A stretch of DNA of 34,851 bases from Nemertoderma westbladi (GCA_032718475.1 JAUCBJ010007033.1:1-34851); one strand, 5' to 3'. Positions 1-12,817 are shown, numbered from the stretch's first letter. Notes: a model not told the origin generated them from the letters alone. Translations and numbers: made by a program.

Positions 1-2105
1 GTAATATTAGTCCGTTGTGCAGTATAATTATTTAGATAAGGCACAGTGCGGTGACATTTAGGTAAGGAAGTTAAAACGCCCATATATTTTGCATCCATCC
101 ATTTTGTATAGTATGTAGCCCTACCTACGTAATTTTGTATTAGGATATATGTAGATAGTCCCAGGGTAGCAAGTTTATTCGGACCCTGGATTTCGTGCTT
201 GCTGATATTAGCATCAGTAGGGCTATCATATAGGGACGCTGTCCTGGCCATTCAGCGGCCAGGGACGTGAACCATTACCATATAAGGTAATAATTCGAGG
301 TTTGGGCAGGCAATAGGACTACAATCCGGCCTCCTTATTGGACTAACTGCTTCCAGGTTGGTTTAATGCTAGCACGGACTGGAGAGCCAATGGGAGAGCG
401 ATTGAGTCACCTTATTGCATCACCCCATCCGGATCACCTATAAATTGGCGGTGTGCCGGTAGAACCTATATGTTCATGCTGTTAATACTGTATACCCTTA
501 CTTATCACATGACACACCCCTGTTACAATTTACTTGCTGAGCTGTCTCTAATTTTGTATTAGGATATCGTATTTTCTGCAATTTGCTAATTTTGATTAAT
601 TTCTTGGAATGATTTGCTAGTGCGATTACTTTGCTTGTGTTTCTCAATAATTCCTTCGATTGCTGCTAATTACAATTGAACTATGATTTCTACCCTTTGA
701 TTAATGGTTCTATGTGATTCCTTTCTGCGCAATAATCCTAAGGGATTTCTGAGACTGTCAGACTTTGTGATTTGCATGCGCCGCTACGGTAGCTATTAGC
801 ATCATGGAGGGCTAAGGTGCCAGTGGGCGGTGGGCGCATCGGGGGGTTGAGCGACTAGGAGAGAGCGGAGGATTCAAAGTGGGCAACGCTGGCCAGGGTC
901 ACCGTTGCGGGCGGGTATCTTGCACTGCGGCACGCAGACCAATCGCTGGTACAGTATCTAGGGGGCTGATGATCCAGGTTTTGTCTCTATTTAGTATTAA
1001 GGGGGCAGGAATTGGGTTAGTTAGGAATCCTAGATGTACCCGAGAGAGGCCTGCGCGTATTACAACGTTGAGTGTGGAGTACGAGTAGTGAATTGCACAA
1101 TTGTAAACTGTGATTTCTAACGCTGATTGGTGTGTTATTGAAGTGTGCCTAAGATTACGAATGCTTAGATAGGCGCTCTTTTCCCTTTGATTGATTTCTA
1201 TTTCTTAGTTACAATAATTAGTTATTGATTAGGTCAAAGTAATACGGCAATTTAGGCTATTACTAGCGAAACCTGTTGCGTGATAAATTAGAATTACGTA
1301 TTCTGGAACTCTTAGTAATTAGTACGCTGTTAAATATTTGTGACTGTAATTAATTAGTAAAAATTAAGAATTAGTACGCAGCATAGCGGAGAGTAGCTAA
1401 GGTAATAATTAGTGTACTGTAAACTATTCACGCTGAGCGGTTATTTGCATTAGCGGGCAATCAGCTAGAACGCACTATTCGGTACGCACGATACGCTAGT
1501 AGTTTTGCTGGCCTAAAGCCAGCCGCGGGCAGTTTTAGACTCGGAGTGGTACTATCCACGTAGAGACAATTACTGTACCATTTTTTGATATTTTAAATAT
1601 TCTCGCATTCACACATTACGTTAGGGAACCTCCAGTATTCGCGATTAGGAAAGACGTAGGTAATAGCGTGCTTTAATAAGTGATAGAATTAGGCGTAAGA
1701 ATACTCTGAGTGCAAGGCCTCTCGCACTCGTCTTAAGTAAGCTTAGGGAGCCGACTCGGGTTTATTGTTTTGGTTATTCCCGCGTGGCTCATAGATTCGA
1801 ACAGTTAGCTCTCTATCGAGCGATCGGTAGAGAAAGGAACAAGCGATTTTGCAGGAGTTGTGTAAAATTAGTAAAATATATTAGCGGACGGCAGATTAGC
1901 GCCATCCAACGGTAAGTAGCGGTTTTGTATTTAGCAACCCTTACAATTTAGTAATAGCACGCTCCTGATCCCCTTTACTTAACAGTAGAGCAGTCTTTGT
2001 GTCTTATTGGATAGGCGAGAGCTTATTAGGTTGGCAGAAGGATATTAACGGGTATTGGTCTGTTCAACAGTTCTGCTGTTAGTATAGAGGTCGCGGTTGT
2101 TTATC

Positions 2106-5100
2106 ATATGGGTTTATGGGGTATTATATATTTATAGGATATGGGTTTATGGGCGTATTATATATTTATAGGATATGGTTTTATGGGGTATTATATATTT
2201 ATAGAATATGGGTTTATGGGGTATTATATATTTATAGGATATGGGTTTATGGGCGTATTATATATTTATAGGATATGGGTTTATGGGTGTATTATATATT
2301 TATAGGATATGGGTTTATGGGCGTATTATATATTTATAGGATATGGGTTTATGGGCGTATTATATATTTATAGGATATGGGTTTATGGGCGTATTATATA
2401 TTTATAGGATATGGGTTTATGGGGTATTATATATTTATAGGATATGGGTTTATGGGTGTATTATATATTTATAGGATATGGGTTTATGGGGTATTATATA
2501 TTTATAGAATATGGGTTTATGGGTGTATTATATATTTATAGGATATGGGTTTATGGGCGTATTATATATTTATAGGATATGGATTAATGGGCGTATTATA
2601 TATTTATAGGATATGGGTTTATGGGCGTATTATATATTTATAGGATATGGGTTTATGGGCGTATTATATATTTATAGGATATGGGTTTATGGGCGTATTA
2701 TATATTTATAGGATATGGGTTTATGGGCGTATTATATATTTATAGGATATGGGTTTATGGGCGTATTATATATTTATAGGATATGGGTTTATGGGTGTAT
2801 TATATAATTATAGGATATGGGTTTATGGGGTATTATATATTTATAGAATATGGGTTTATGGGGTATTATATATTTATAGGATATGGGTTTATGGGCGTAT
2901 TATATATTTATAGGATATGGGTTTATGGGTGTATTATATATTTATAGGATATGGGTTTATGGGCGTATTATATATTTATAGGATATGGGTTTATGGGGTA
3001 TTATATATTTATAGGATATGGGTTTATGGGGTATTATATATTTATAGGATATGGGTTTATGGGCGTATTATATATTTATAGGATATGGGTTTATGGGCAT
3101 ATTATATATTTATAGGATATGGGTTTATGGGCGTATTATATATTTATAGGATATGGGTTTATGGGCGTATTATATATTTATAGGATATGGGTTTATGGGT
3201 GTATTATATATTTATAGGATATGGGTTTATGGGCGTATTATATATTTATAGGATATGGGTTTATGGGCGTATTATATATTTATAGGATATGGGTTTATGG
3301 GCGTATTATATATTTATAGGATATGGGTTTATGGGCGTATTATATATTTATAGGATATGGGTTTATGGGCGTATTATATATTTATAGGATATGGGTTTAT
3401 GGGTGTATTATATATTTATAGGATATGGGTTTATGGGCGTATTATATATTTATAGGATATGGGTTTATGGGCGTATTATATATTTATAGGATATGGGTTT
3501 ATGGGCGTATTATATATTTATAGGATATGGGTTTATGGGCGTATTATATATTTATAGGATATGGGTTTATGGGGTATTATATATTTATAGGATATGGGTT
3601 TATGGGGTATTATATATTTATAGGATATGGGTTTATGGGCGTATTATATATTTATAGGATATGGGTTTATGGGCATATTATATATTTATAGGATATGGGT
3701 TTATGGGCGTATTATATATTTATAGGATATGGGTTTATGGGCGTATTATATATTTATAGGATATGGGTTTATGGGTGTATTATATATTTATAGGATATGG
3801 GTTTATGGGCGTATTATATATTTATAGGATATGGGTTTATGGGCGTATTATATATTTATAGGATATGGGTTTATGGGCGTATTATATATTTATAGGATAT
3901 GGGTTTATGGGTGTATTATATATTTATAGGATATGGGTTTATGGGGTATTATATATTTATAGAATATGGGTTTATGGGGTATTATATATTTATAGGATAT
4001 GGGTTTATGGGCGTATTATATATTTATAGGATATGGGTTTATGGGCGTATTATATATTTATAGGATATGGGTTTATGGGCGTATTATATATTTATAGGAT
4101 ATGGGTTTATGGGCGTATTATATATTTATAGGATATGGGTTTATGGGTGTATTATATATTTATAGGATATGGGTTTATGGGCGTATTATATATTTATAGG
4201 ATATGGGTTTATGGGCGTATTATATATTTATAGGATATGGGTTTATGGGCGTATTATATATTTATAGGATATGGGTTTATGGGCGTATTATATATTTATA
4301 GGATATGGGTTTATGGGCGTATTATATATTTATAGGATATGGGTTTATGGGTGTATTATATATTTATAGGATATGGGTTTATGGGGTATTATATATTTAT
4401 AGAATATGGGTTTATGGGGTATTATATATTTATAGGATATGGGTTTATGGGCGTATTATATATTTATAGGATATGGGTTTATGGGTGTATTATATATTTA
4501 TAGGATATGGGTTTATGGGGTATTATATATTTATAGGATATGGGTTTAGGGGGTATTTTATATTTATAGAATATGGGTTTATGGGGTATTATATATTTAT
4601 AGGATATGGGTTTATGGGGTATTATATATTTATAGGATATGGGTTTATGGGGTATTATATATTTATAGAATATGGGTTTATGGGGTATTATATATTTATA
4701 GGATATGGGTTTATGGGGTATTATATATTTATAGGATATGGGTTTATGGGGTATTATATATTTATAGAATATGGGTTTATGGGGTATTATATATTTATAG
4801 GATATGGGTTTATGGGGTATTATTTATTTATAGGATATGGGTTTATGGGCGTATTATATATTTATAGGATATGGGTTTATGGGTGTATTATATATTTATA
4901 GGATATTGGTTTATGGGGTATTATATATTTATAGGATATGGGTTTATAGGTGAATTATATATTTATAGGATATGGGTTTATGGGGTATTATATATTTATA
5001 GAATATGGGTTTATGGGGTATTATATATTTATAGGATATGGGTTTATGGGGTATTATATATTTATAGGATATGGGTTTATGGGCGTATTATATATTTATA

Positions 5101-6052
5101 GGATATGGGTTTATGGGTGTATTATATATTTATAGGATATTGGTTTATGGGGTATTATATATTTATAGGATATGGGTTTATAGGTGAATTATATATTTAT
5201 AGGATATGGGTTTATGGGGTATTATATATTTATAGAATATGGGTTTATGGGGTATTATATTTTATAGGATATGGGTTTATGGGGTATTATATATTTATAG
5301 GATATGGGTTTATGTGGTATTATATAGGATATGGGTTTATGGGGTATTATATATTTATAGGATATGGGTTTATGGGGTATTATATATTTATAGAATATGG
5401 GTTTATGGGGTATTATAAATTTATAGGATATGGGTTTATGGGGTATTATATTTTATAGGATATGGGTTTATGGGGTATTATATATTTATAGGATATGGGT
5501 TTATGTGGTATTATATAGGATATGGGTTTATGGGGTATTATATATTTATAGGATATGGGTTTATCGGGTATTATATATTTATAGAATATGGGTTTATGGG
5601 GTATTATATTTTATAGGATATGGGTTTATGGGGTATTATATATTTATAGGATATGGGTTTATGTGGTATTATATAGGATATGGGTTTATGGGGTATTATA
5701 TATTTATAGGATATGGGTTTATGGGGTATTATATATTTATAGAATATGGGTTTATGGGGTATTATATATTTATAGGATATGGGTTTATGGGGTATTATTT
5801 ATTTATAGGATATGGGTTTATGGGCGTATTATATATTTATAGGATATGGGTTTATGGGTGTATTATATATTTATAGGATATTGGTTTATGGGCGTATTAT
5901 ATATTTATAGGATATGGGTTTATGGGCGTATTATATATTTATAGGATATGGGTTTATGGGCGTATTATATATTTATAGGATATGGGTTTATGGGTGTATT
6001 ATATATTTATAGGATATGGGTTTATGGGGTATTATATATTTATAGGATATGG
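2106..6052 (+). repeat. Minisatellite, 33/34-bp unit GATATGGGTTTATGGG(G/CG/TG)TATTATATATTTATAG, about 118 copies, inside a TRAF intron
   Basis: Directly visible tandem array. The last unit runs into the TRAF exon (tttatag|GATATGGAC). Confidence 0.98.
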
Positions 6053-6194
6053 ACAACCACTTGAATACTGAATGCGGATCTTCCGTAATGGATTGTATAT
6101 TCCGCGATTTCGGATGCGGCGAATCGTTTACAAGAGATAAATTCAACCAGCATGTTCGAGCCAAGGGGTTGGAGCATTTAAACCATCTAGCAAG
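6046..6194 (+). CDS. TRAF4: TRAF-family gene, internal exon encoding the end of a TRAF-type zinc-finger region
   Basis: Not in the ORF track. tttatag|GAT ATG GAC translates to DMDNHLNTECGSSVMDCIFRDFGCGESFTRDKFNQHVRAKGLEHLNHLA, matching the H..EC...CxFxxxGC...H...H pattern. Donor AG|gtcggt is phase 2, matching the next exon. Upstream exons were not found in the window. Confidence 0.85.
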
Positions 6195-6400
6195 GTCGGT
6201 TAAATTGTGTGTCGGTTAATTTTATGGGTGTCGGATATTTGTGGGTGTCGGGTCATTTTTGAGTGGCTTGTTTCTGAGTCTGCCGACATTGGCGATCACG
6301 TCTGTACTGTAGGTAGGGCCTACTGAATGTAGGTAGGTTCAGTGAGTTGTCGGTTATTGTCAATAAGAATTAGACATACTTATATTTTAATGTTTCACAG

Positions 6401-6500
6401 AAACTTACAAACAACTGTTTCAGTTGCTAAGGAGCAAACTGATCTTATAGATGAATTACTAGAGAAGGCAGAGGCGTTAGAACAACGAGTCAATAACCAG
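6401..6500 (+). CDS. TRAF4: TRAF-family gene, coiled-coil exon
   Basis: tttcacag|A AAC TTA...AAC CAG|gtaata gives (R)NLQTTVSVAKEQTDLIDELLEKAEALEQRVNNQ. Phases (2 in, 0 out) join both neighbouring exons in frame. Confidence 0.85.
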
Positions 6501-7389
6501 GTAATAAACAATTTATTCATTCAAGGTACTAATGATTATCCTAGATATATTAAGGGGGGGGGGGGGGGGGGGTGTGTAGTAGTAGCTTGTAATATAATCA
6601 ATAAGTCCGTTGTATTGTAAATGTTGTCTAGACCAAGGCACAACTAAACCAAGTGGTTGCTATAATTAAGGAGACCATTACCCCAATCTACTTTTTTTTT
6701 ATATATAAAGCTTATGAGAACTGATGAGTTTGGATAACTTCGTAAACCCTATGTTCGGGCTATATTTTGCGTAACATGTATTTTGAGATAGACAAAGGGT
6801 TGCAGTTCGGTTGTATCGGTAATCGGTTGTAGAAGATCTAAATGGCCATGTTTTACAAAACATTGAAAAACACAAAACATTGAACGCATTAGACAACACC
6901 ACCAGGACGGATCCTGAGAAAGCCCGCCGCTGTATTGGGGCGAAACCTACCGATCAGCTGTCTGCAGTCAGCTGATCACTGAATACATGCATGTCTGGGT
7001 CTCCAGTCGTTTTTTTATTTACTTGTAGTTGTACAATGTACATACCAACCGGTACGGTTTTTTACTATTAGTAGCTTGATGTGAAATATAAATAAAATAT
7101 TATTAGAAACTTTTCAAGCTTTCCTTACTACTGGTTTTACAAAACCAATACTACAGTAACGATTGTAGCCCAAAAGCTGATGAACATGTTGAAGTATAAG
7201 TTTGATGGAAATTGAAAGAAAAATTAAAAAAAAGTAGTAGGGAATTTAGGCATGACAAAGTCTAAAACGACAAACTGAGTAAAAGGCTGCGCATTTCACT
7301 TCCGTTGAGGTTAATAGTCCCCTTAAATAATTTGCAGAAATTTAAGAGTTATATAAATAATTAATTATAAAAATGTATTTTACAAACAG

Positions 7390-7881
7390 GACAAACATTA
7401 CGGAAGTCAGATGGTATGGAGGATCGAGAAAGTAGACGAAAAGATGAAGTTGGCTGAGACCGGAGAGAAGTTAACGATCTTCAGTCCGCTGTTCTCGTCA
7501 GCGCGTCGCGGATACAAACTAATCGCGAGTCTGTGTCTCAACGGTGACGGAAAGTACTGCGGACAATTCGTAGCGGTTTACGTGTACGTATGTAAAGGAG
7601 AGTACGACTCCATACTGAAATGGCCGTTCCAGAACCAAATCACAATTAAATTATTCGATCAGTCGGAGAATTCTAACAAAGCTGTTGTTAAAAAATTGAA
7701 TCCTGTCGATTTATTAGAAGAACACCAAAGCTGTTTCACAAAACCGCCAAGAGATAAAAATCCACCATTCGGTCTCATTGCGTTTATTCCTAAAGAAGAT
7801 TTCCAAGAAGGAACTTTTATTAAAGACAATACTATGTATATCAGTTTCAACATAGATACTGAAAATACTCCGTTTCTATAA
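7390..7881 (+). CDS. TRAF4: TRAF-family gene, terminal exon encoding the TRAF-C/MATH domain (TRAF4-like)
   Basis: aaacag|GAC AAA CAT; motifs VWRI, FSPLFSSARRGYKL, LNGDG, GEYDSILKWPF, LFDQ, FIKDNTMYI; stop TAA at 7879-7881. The TRAF4 subfamily call is inferred from the GYKLxxSxxLNGxG motif. Confidence 0.92.
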   Translation, partial: DKHYGSQMVWRIEKVDEKMKLAETGEKLTIFSPLFSSARRGYKLIASLCLNGDGKYCGQFVAVYVYVCKGEYDSILKWPFQNQITIKLFDQSENSNKAVVKKLNPVDLLEEHQSCFTKPPRDKNPPFGLIAFIPKEDFQEGTFIKDNTMYISFNIDTENTPFL

Positions 7882-7918
7882 ACCTTATTATTGCAGGAGG
7901 AATAGCCTTAATGAGGGG

Positions 7919-9160
7919 TGTAATGCATTACGTAATGGTGTTATTGAAGATATACGCATTGTGTAATGGTGTTATTGAATGTACGCATTGTGTAATGGTG
8001 TTATTGAATGTACGCATTGTGTAATGGTGTTATTGAATGTACGCATTGTGTAATGGTGTTATTGAAGATATACGCATTGTGTAATGGTGTTAGTGAAGGT
8101 ATACGCGATGGTGTAATGGTGTTATTGAAGATATACGCATCGTGTAATGGTGTTAGTGAAGGTATACGCGATGGTGTAATGGTGTTATTGAAGATATACG
8201 CATTGTGTAATGGTGTTATTGAATGTACGCATTGTGTAATGGTGTTATTGAATGTACGCATTATGTAATGGTGTTATTGAATGTACGCATTGTGTAATGG
8301 TGTTATTGAAGATATACGCATTGTGTAATGGTGTTATTGAATGTACGCAATATGTAATGGTGTTATTGAATGTACACATTGTGTAATGGTGTTATTGAAT
8401 GTACGCATTATGTAATGGTGTTATTGGTGGAGTAATGCATGTGTAATGGTGCTATTGAAGGTATACGCGATGGTGTAATGGTGTTATTGAAGATATACGC
8501 ATTGTGTAATGGTGTTATTGAATGTACGCATTGTGTAATGGTGTTATTGAATGTACGCATTGTGTAATGGTGTTATTGAAGATATACGCATTGTGTAATG
8601 GTGTTAGTGAAGGTATACGCGATGGTGTAATGGTGTTATTGAAGATATACGCATTGTGTAATGGTGTTAGTGAAGGTATACGCGATGGTGTAATGGTGTT
8701 ATTGAAGATATACGCATTGTGTAATGGTGTTATTGAATGTACGCAATATGTAATGGTGTTTTTGAATGTACACATTGTGTAATGGTTTTATTGAATGTAC
8801 GCATTGTGTAATGGTGTTATTGGTGGAGTAATGCATGTGTAATGGTGCTATTGAAGGTATACACGATGGTGTAATGGTGTTATTGTTGATTGCATGTGTA
8901 ATGATGTTATTGGAGATATACGCATTGTGCAACGGTGTTAGTGAAGGTATACGCGATGGTGTAATGGTGTTATTGAAGATATACGCATTGTGCAACGGTG
9001 TTAGTGAAGGTATACGCGATGGTGTAATGATGTTATTGGAGATATACGCATTGTGCAATGGTGTTATTGAAGGTACGCATTGTGTAATGGTGTTATTGAA
9101 GGTATACGCGATTGTGTAATGGTGTTATTGGTGATGTAATGGATGTTGTATAATGGTGTC
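7919..9160 (+). repeat. Minisatellite with 29-32-bp units (TGTAATGGTGTTATTGAATGTACGCATTG and variants) directly after the TRAF stop codon
   Basis: Visible tandem array with recurring variant units. Confidence 0.95.
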
Positions 9161-9796
9161 ATCAAAGGCTTTATTAATGGTGAAATCCAACGACATCATT
9201 GAATTCTTTAAAATTTGTTTGGCTATACCATACCATAGCGTGATTTAATATTTTTACAAGTAGGCTGGCCTATACATGCTTTTTTTTTATTGTTGAACTT
9301 AATTAAATTTTCTTTATTGTGTGGTAATTTTAGTCACTGAACTTATTAACCTAATTTACTTTGAATAATAAATAACGGTTACACTTTAACTGAGAGTATA
9401 ATATTTCCTCATGGCGTCATTCCTCATTATAAATTCCTTCGATTGATGATAAAATTAATTAATTATCGCCCCCAAAGGTGAAACCAAATATAATTATAGA
9501 TGTTAACAGAACTGATATCAATTTATTCATCTTATAGAAAAATAATACCAACAAATAATAAAGTTGCCCTGAACCATTTTAACACTATTTGGGAAATATA
9601 AAAATACAATTCATTGAAATACCACCGAAAAGTAACAATATAAATTAAATTAATTGAAAATAGTTATTATTCCAAAATTGTAACATTACTCAACGCCGTT
9701 AGTATTAACAGCGAGTTGTTAATTAGCACTTTTACAACTTTAGAGGACATTACAGCATATTGTATTGGCCTGTACATTTAGTATTGTATTTGGCGT

Positions 9797-9886
9797 TATT
9801 GTTTACGTGGTAACCATGACGGCGTTAAGTAATGTCCACTAAGGGGACATTACTTAACGCCGTCATTGGTTACCACGTAAACAATA
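9797..9886. repeat. Near-perfect ~90-bp palindrome/hairpin with ~41-bp arms
   Basis: TATTGTTTACGTGGTAACCATGACGGCGTTAAGTAATGTCC pairs with GGACATTACTTAACGCCGTCATTGGTTACCACGTAAACAATA, with one bulged base. Confidence 0.9.
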
Positions 9887-10454
9887 GGTGGAAATTTGCC
9901 TGACAGCCAGATAGGCCTACAGCATTACCTACCGGTAGGCGGGGTATAGCTATTACTAACCATAGTAGCTAAATTATTAACATGTCTCCAAACGCCACCA
10001 TAAATATAAGCTAACTTATTTATAACATAATTTATGTCATTTTTACATTTATTTTATACAACAGCTAATATAATTTGTGCAGTTTCTATCACTTATAATG
10101 TATATGTACAATCATTTCGTAATGTTAAAATCTTGGAATAAAACTACATACGTTGCAAAGTACTTTACAGCGTTCTGATACTCGTGGCTTTATTTTTCAC
10201 TCACTCACTACGTTCGTTCGTGTAACAAAGCCACTCGGATCATCACACTGTAAAGTGCTACTTTACACACAAGTATGTCAGTAAATAGTTAACAACAATA
10301 TTTAAATCACTTTTTGCTTCGCCGACACCAAATAGCAGTGAGCCATCTAAGTAAAGGATCACTCAAACTCTACAACTGCGAGAATTTATAGAAAACTTTA
10401 AGGTCGAAAAAATATCATTCAATGGTTGTATTTTGGAATGAAAAATTGCATAGA

Positions 10455-10760
10455 TTGTGGGGCGAGCCACGAAGTGAGTGAAGCCTTAGTATAGGGGTAC
10501 CGGTACCATTTAACTAGTTGTCTGTCGTCGTGAATTTTTATCCCTAATAACTCGGTCATCCATTGATGAAATTAAACCAAACTTGGTACGTAAGTAGTCC
10601 GTCAAAGGTTGAGGAAGAATCGGAAGTTTAGTCAAAAAAGTCTGTCAGTCGGTACCGGTAGTTTCAGACTACCGAAATAAGTCGGTCAATCATTGTCATT
10701 GATGAAACTAAAACAAACTTGGTATGTATGTAGTCATATAAAATTTGGTAGAAATTACCT
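10455..10760 (+). mobile_element. Degenerate HINE/DINE-1-like fragment
   Basis: GCGAGCCACGAAGTG..GAAGCC, TGTCTGTC and a duplicated CATTGATGAAA..AAACTTGGTA..GTAGTC motif resemble this class of element. Ends are not defined. Confidence 0.35.
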
Positions 10761-11627
10761 ACGAACATTCTTTACACCTTTATTCAAAGTAAATTAATAA
10801 TAAACAACAACAATATAATATAGCACAATACTCGGAATACAGTGTGACGTGCTGCGCGAAGGCCCCATGGAAGTGTAATATTGTATTTCAAAGTCATTAA
10901 TATCATTATTATACATTTATAACAACGTATTTCTACTGTTTAAAAATATTAATAAAATTCATAACCAGTAAGGTTATGAGTAAGGGTCACTTAGTTTAGT
11001 TGAGTTGCATTAAGTCTGGCGACTTATTATCCCCCCCCCCCCCCCCCCCCCCCCTAGTTACCATTTAGGATGCATCGAACCCTCGCTAATGAAACTCCGG
11101 CAGCACCCCGGGTCTCGTACCACCCATGAATTAACCAAAGCGACAATAAGTTGACATAATGAAACAAGTTATTCCCTCGCTGCGCTCGTTCATTGCATTA
11201 AATACACTCGGGTCTCATAAAGCTGAAATAAGTGCAATAGAATAATGCAAAAATTTATTGTGCAGGTTTTTTTAATTTTGTTCTCAAAATGAGAAAGTTT
11301 TACAATTTTATAACGAATTCGAAACAACAAAATACGATTATATAAACAAACAAACAAGAGAAAAACCCAGGGGGGGGGGTGTTAAACCGAAGATTTATCT
11401 GGACGACGTAAATAAAGACCAAAAGAAAATAAATAAAGTCAAGAAAAAAACGTTTTTTTTTTCACTTTCATGATTATTGAAAGTCACTGAAAAACAAATA
11501 ATAGAAGATTACCATTCCATTTACAGACAAAAATACAACGACTGGGAGGATAAAAACTAATAATATCGTTGATATCAGCAGAAAAAAAAACGGATGAAGT
11601 GCAGCCCTATGGAGGGCTGCACGAGAA

Positions 11628-11740
11628 CTATATCTCCTTTTTACTTTCAGTTTCGACTTGCTCGGTTGCCGGTCGGTTCTCGGTGTCACCGCTAGATGGC
11701 GCATCGTCTTTCAAGAGTTTTCCAATTTCATCATATTTAA
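11628..11740 (-). CDS. PGRMC1: PGRMC/MAPR (membrane-associated progesterone receptor, cytochrome b5-like heme/steroid-binding), exon 4 (last)
   Basis: ttttcag|TT AAA TAT gives (F)KYDEIGKLLKDDAPSSGDTENRPATEQVETESKKEI*. Matches the KY.xVGKLLK motif. Confidence 0.9.
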
Positions 11741-11840
11741 CTGAAAAATAAACAAAATGAGCGAAAATAATGAAAATGAAGAAAATATAATTCACTAGAT
11801 TTACATCACTTGGTGGAACTGGTAACAATAAATAACTTAC

Positions 11841-11990
11841 ATCTAAAGTTATCTCTCCAATCGTTCATGGCTTCTCTGTCTGTGGCCGATAGATCAGTGA
11901 GGTCGTCCCAGGTGTCGCTCACTGCGTCTATATTCATGGTAGCCAGAGCCCTGGAGGCGTCATGTCCCGCTAGGCTACCGTAGGGACCAT
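11841..11990 (-). CDS. PGRMC1: PGRMC/MAPR exon 3
   Basis: ctgcag|AT GGT CCC TAC gives (D)GPYGSLAGHDASRALATMNIDAVSDTWDDLTDLSATDREAMNDWRDNFR; donor T|gtaagt. The heme-ligand Tyr of the GPY motif is present. Confidence 0.93.
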
Positions 11991-12127
11991 CTGCAGGAAT
12001 ATTTATCATTCAGTTACTATTTGGGTGTCAAACAAGTTACTAAAACATTTAATGAACATTGGTAATATTTCTATACCGGCCTTACTGTTAGTGGGAGCCC
12101 TGCATCACCCTGCGAACCTACACTAAC

Positions 12128-12303
12128 CTGGCCCGTAGAACCCCCTCCCTCGGGACACGTCGAACACAATGCCATCGACGGCGAACAGAATCCGGGGATT
12201 ACGAACTCCGTCGAATTCCCGCAGTTCCGACAACCGGAAGTCGCGTTTCTCCATCGGAGATAATATCAGTGGCCGACGACGGGCCTGTAGCTGTTGTTCT
12301 CGT
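12128..12303 (-). CDS. PGRMC1: PGRMC/MAPR exon 2
   Basis: Not in the ORF track. catcag|A CGA... gives [58 protein letters not shown]; donor G|gttagt. Closely parallels the PGRMC RDF..ELR.FDG...RIL....VFDV..G..FYGP segment. Confidence 0.93.
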
Positions 12304-12817
12304 CTGATGGGTCAATAAACATATATATTAATCTACTAGAGACTTGGTAGGGGTGTGTGCTGTGTAGTAGGTGTAACAATTTTAATGACTCGAGCTCTTT
12401 TAAACTCGGGAGGGAGAGAAGGCGGGCAAAAATTGAGAGACAATAAAATGCTACCGGTAGAGGAATATTTTGATTTTAAACAAGAGCAAACCGGATTTAT
12501 GTAGGGCCTAATTGACAACATTTTGTAAATTTTATATTTACACGATAATACCAAAAAGCCTTTTTCTTCATCGAAAACATAAAACAAATAAAACAAAGAG
12601 TTGATTGTAACGTAACGTTGGCGCAAACCATAAATAAAGCAGTAATTTAACCCTAACCCTAAGTCATGAGGCTCTAATCTAATAAATTTGTGGAATTTCG
12701 GACTTTTTGCTATTGGCCCGATGCGCCTATACCGGTCATGATGTCCAAAATTCCACAAACTTCCTCTAGATGGATAAGTAGGCCTATCCAGCTATCCCTG
12801 TATCCCCGTAATCTCAC

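Noticed and set aside
1855-1911. Possible upstream TRAF exon (ttttgcag...gtaagt)
   Set aside because: No TRAF zinc-finger or RING pattern in the frames examined, and a stop in one frame.
4473-5876. GYGFMGYYIFI-type repeat ORFs
   Set aside because: They are translations of the 33-bp satellite; frames switch with unit length.
6721-6750. CTGATGAG motif (also CTGATGA near 966 and 7177) as hammerhead cores
   Set aside because: No correctly placed stem II, GAAA and closing stems.
8001-9119. Repetitive ORFs on both strands
   Set aside because: Minisatellite translation artefacts.
11030-11054. Long C/G homopolymers (also ~6554-6572 and ~34817-34834)
   Set aside because: Simple runs of uncertain assembled length; nothing supports a function.
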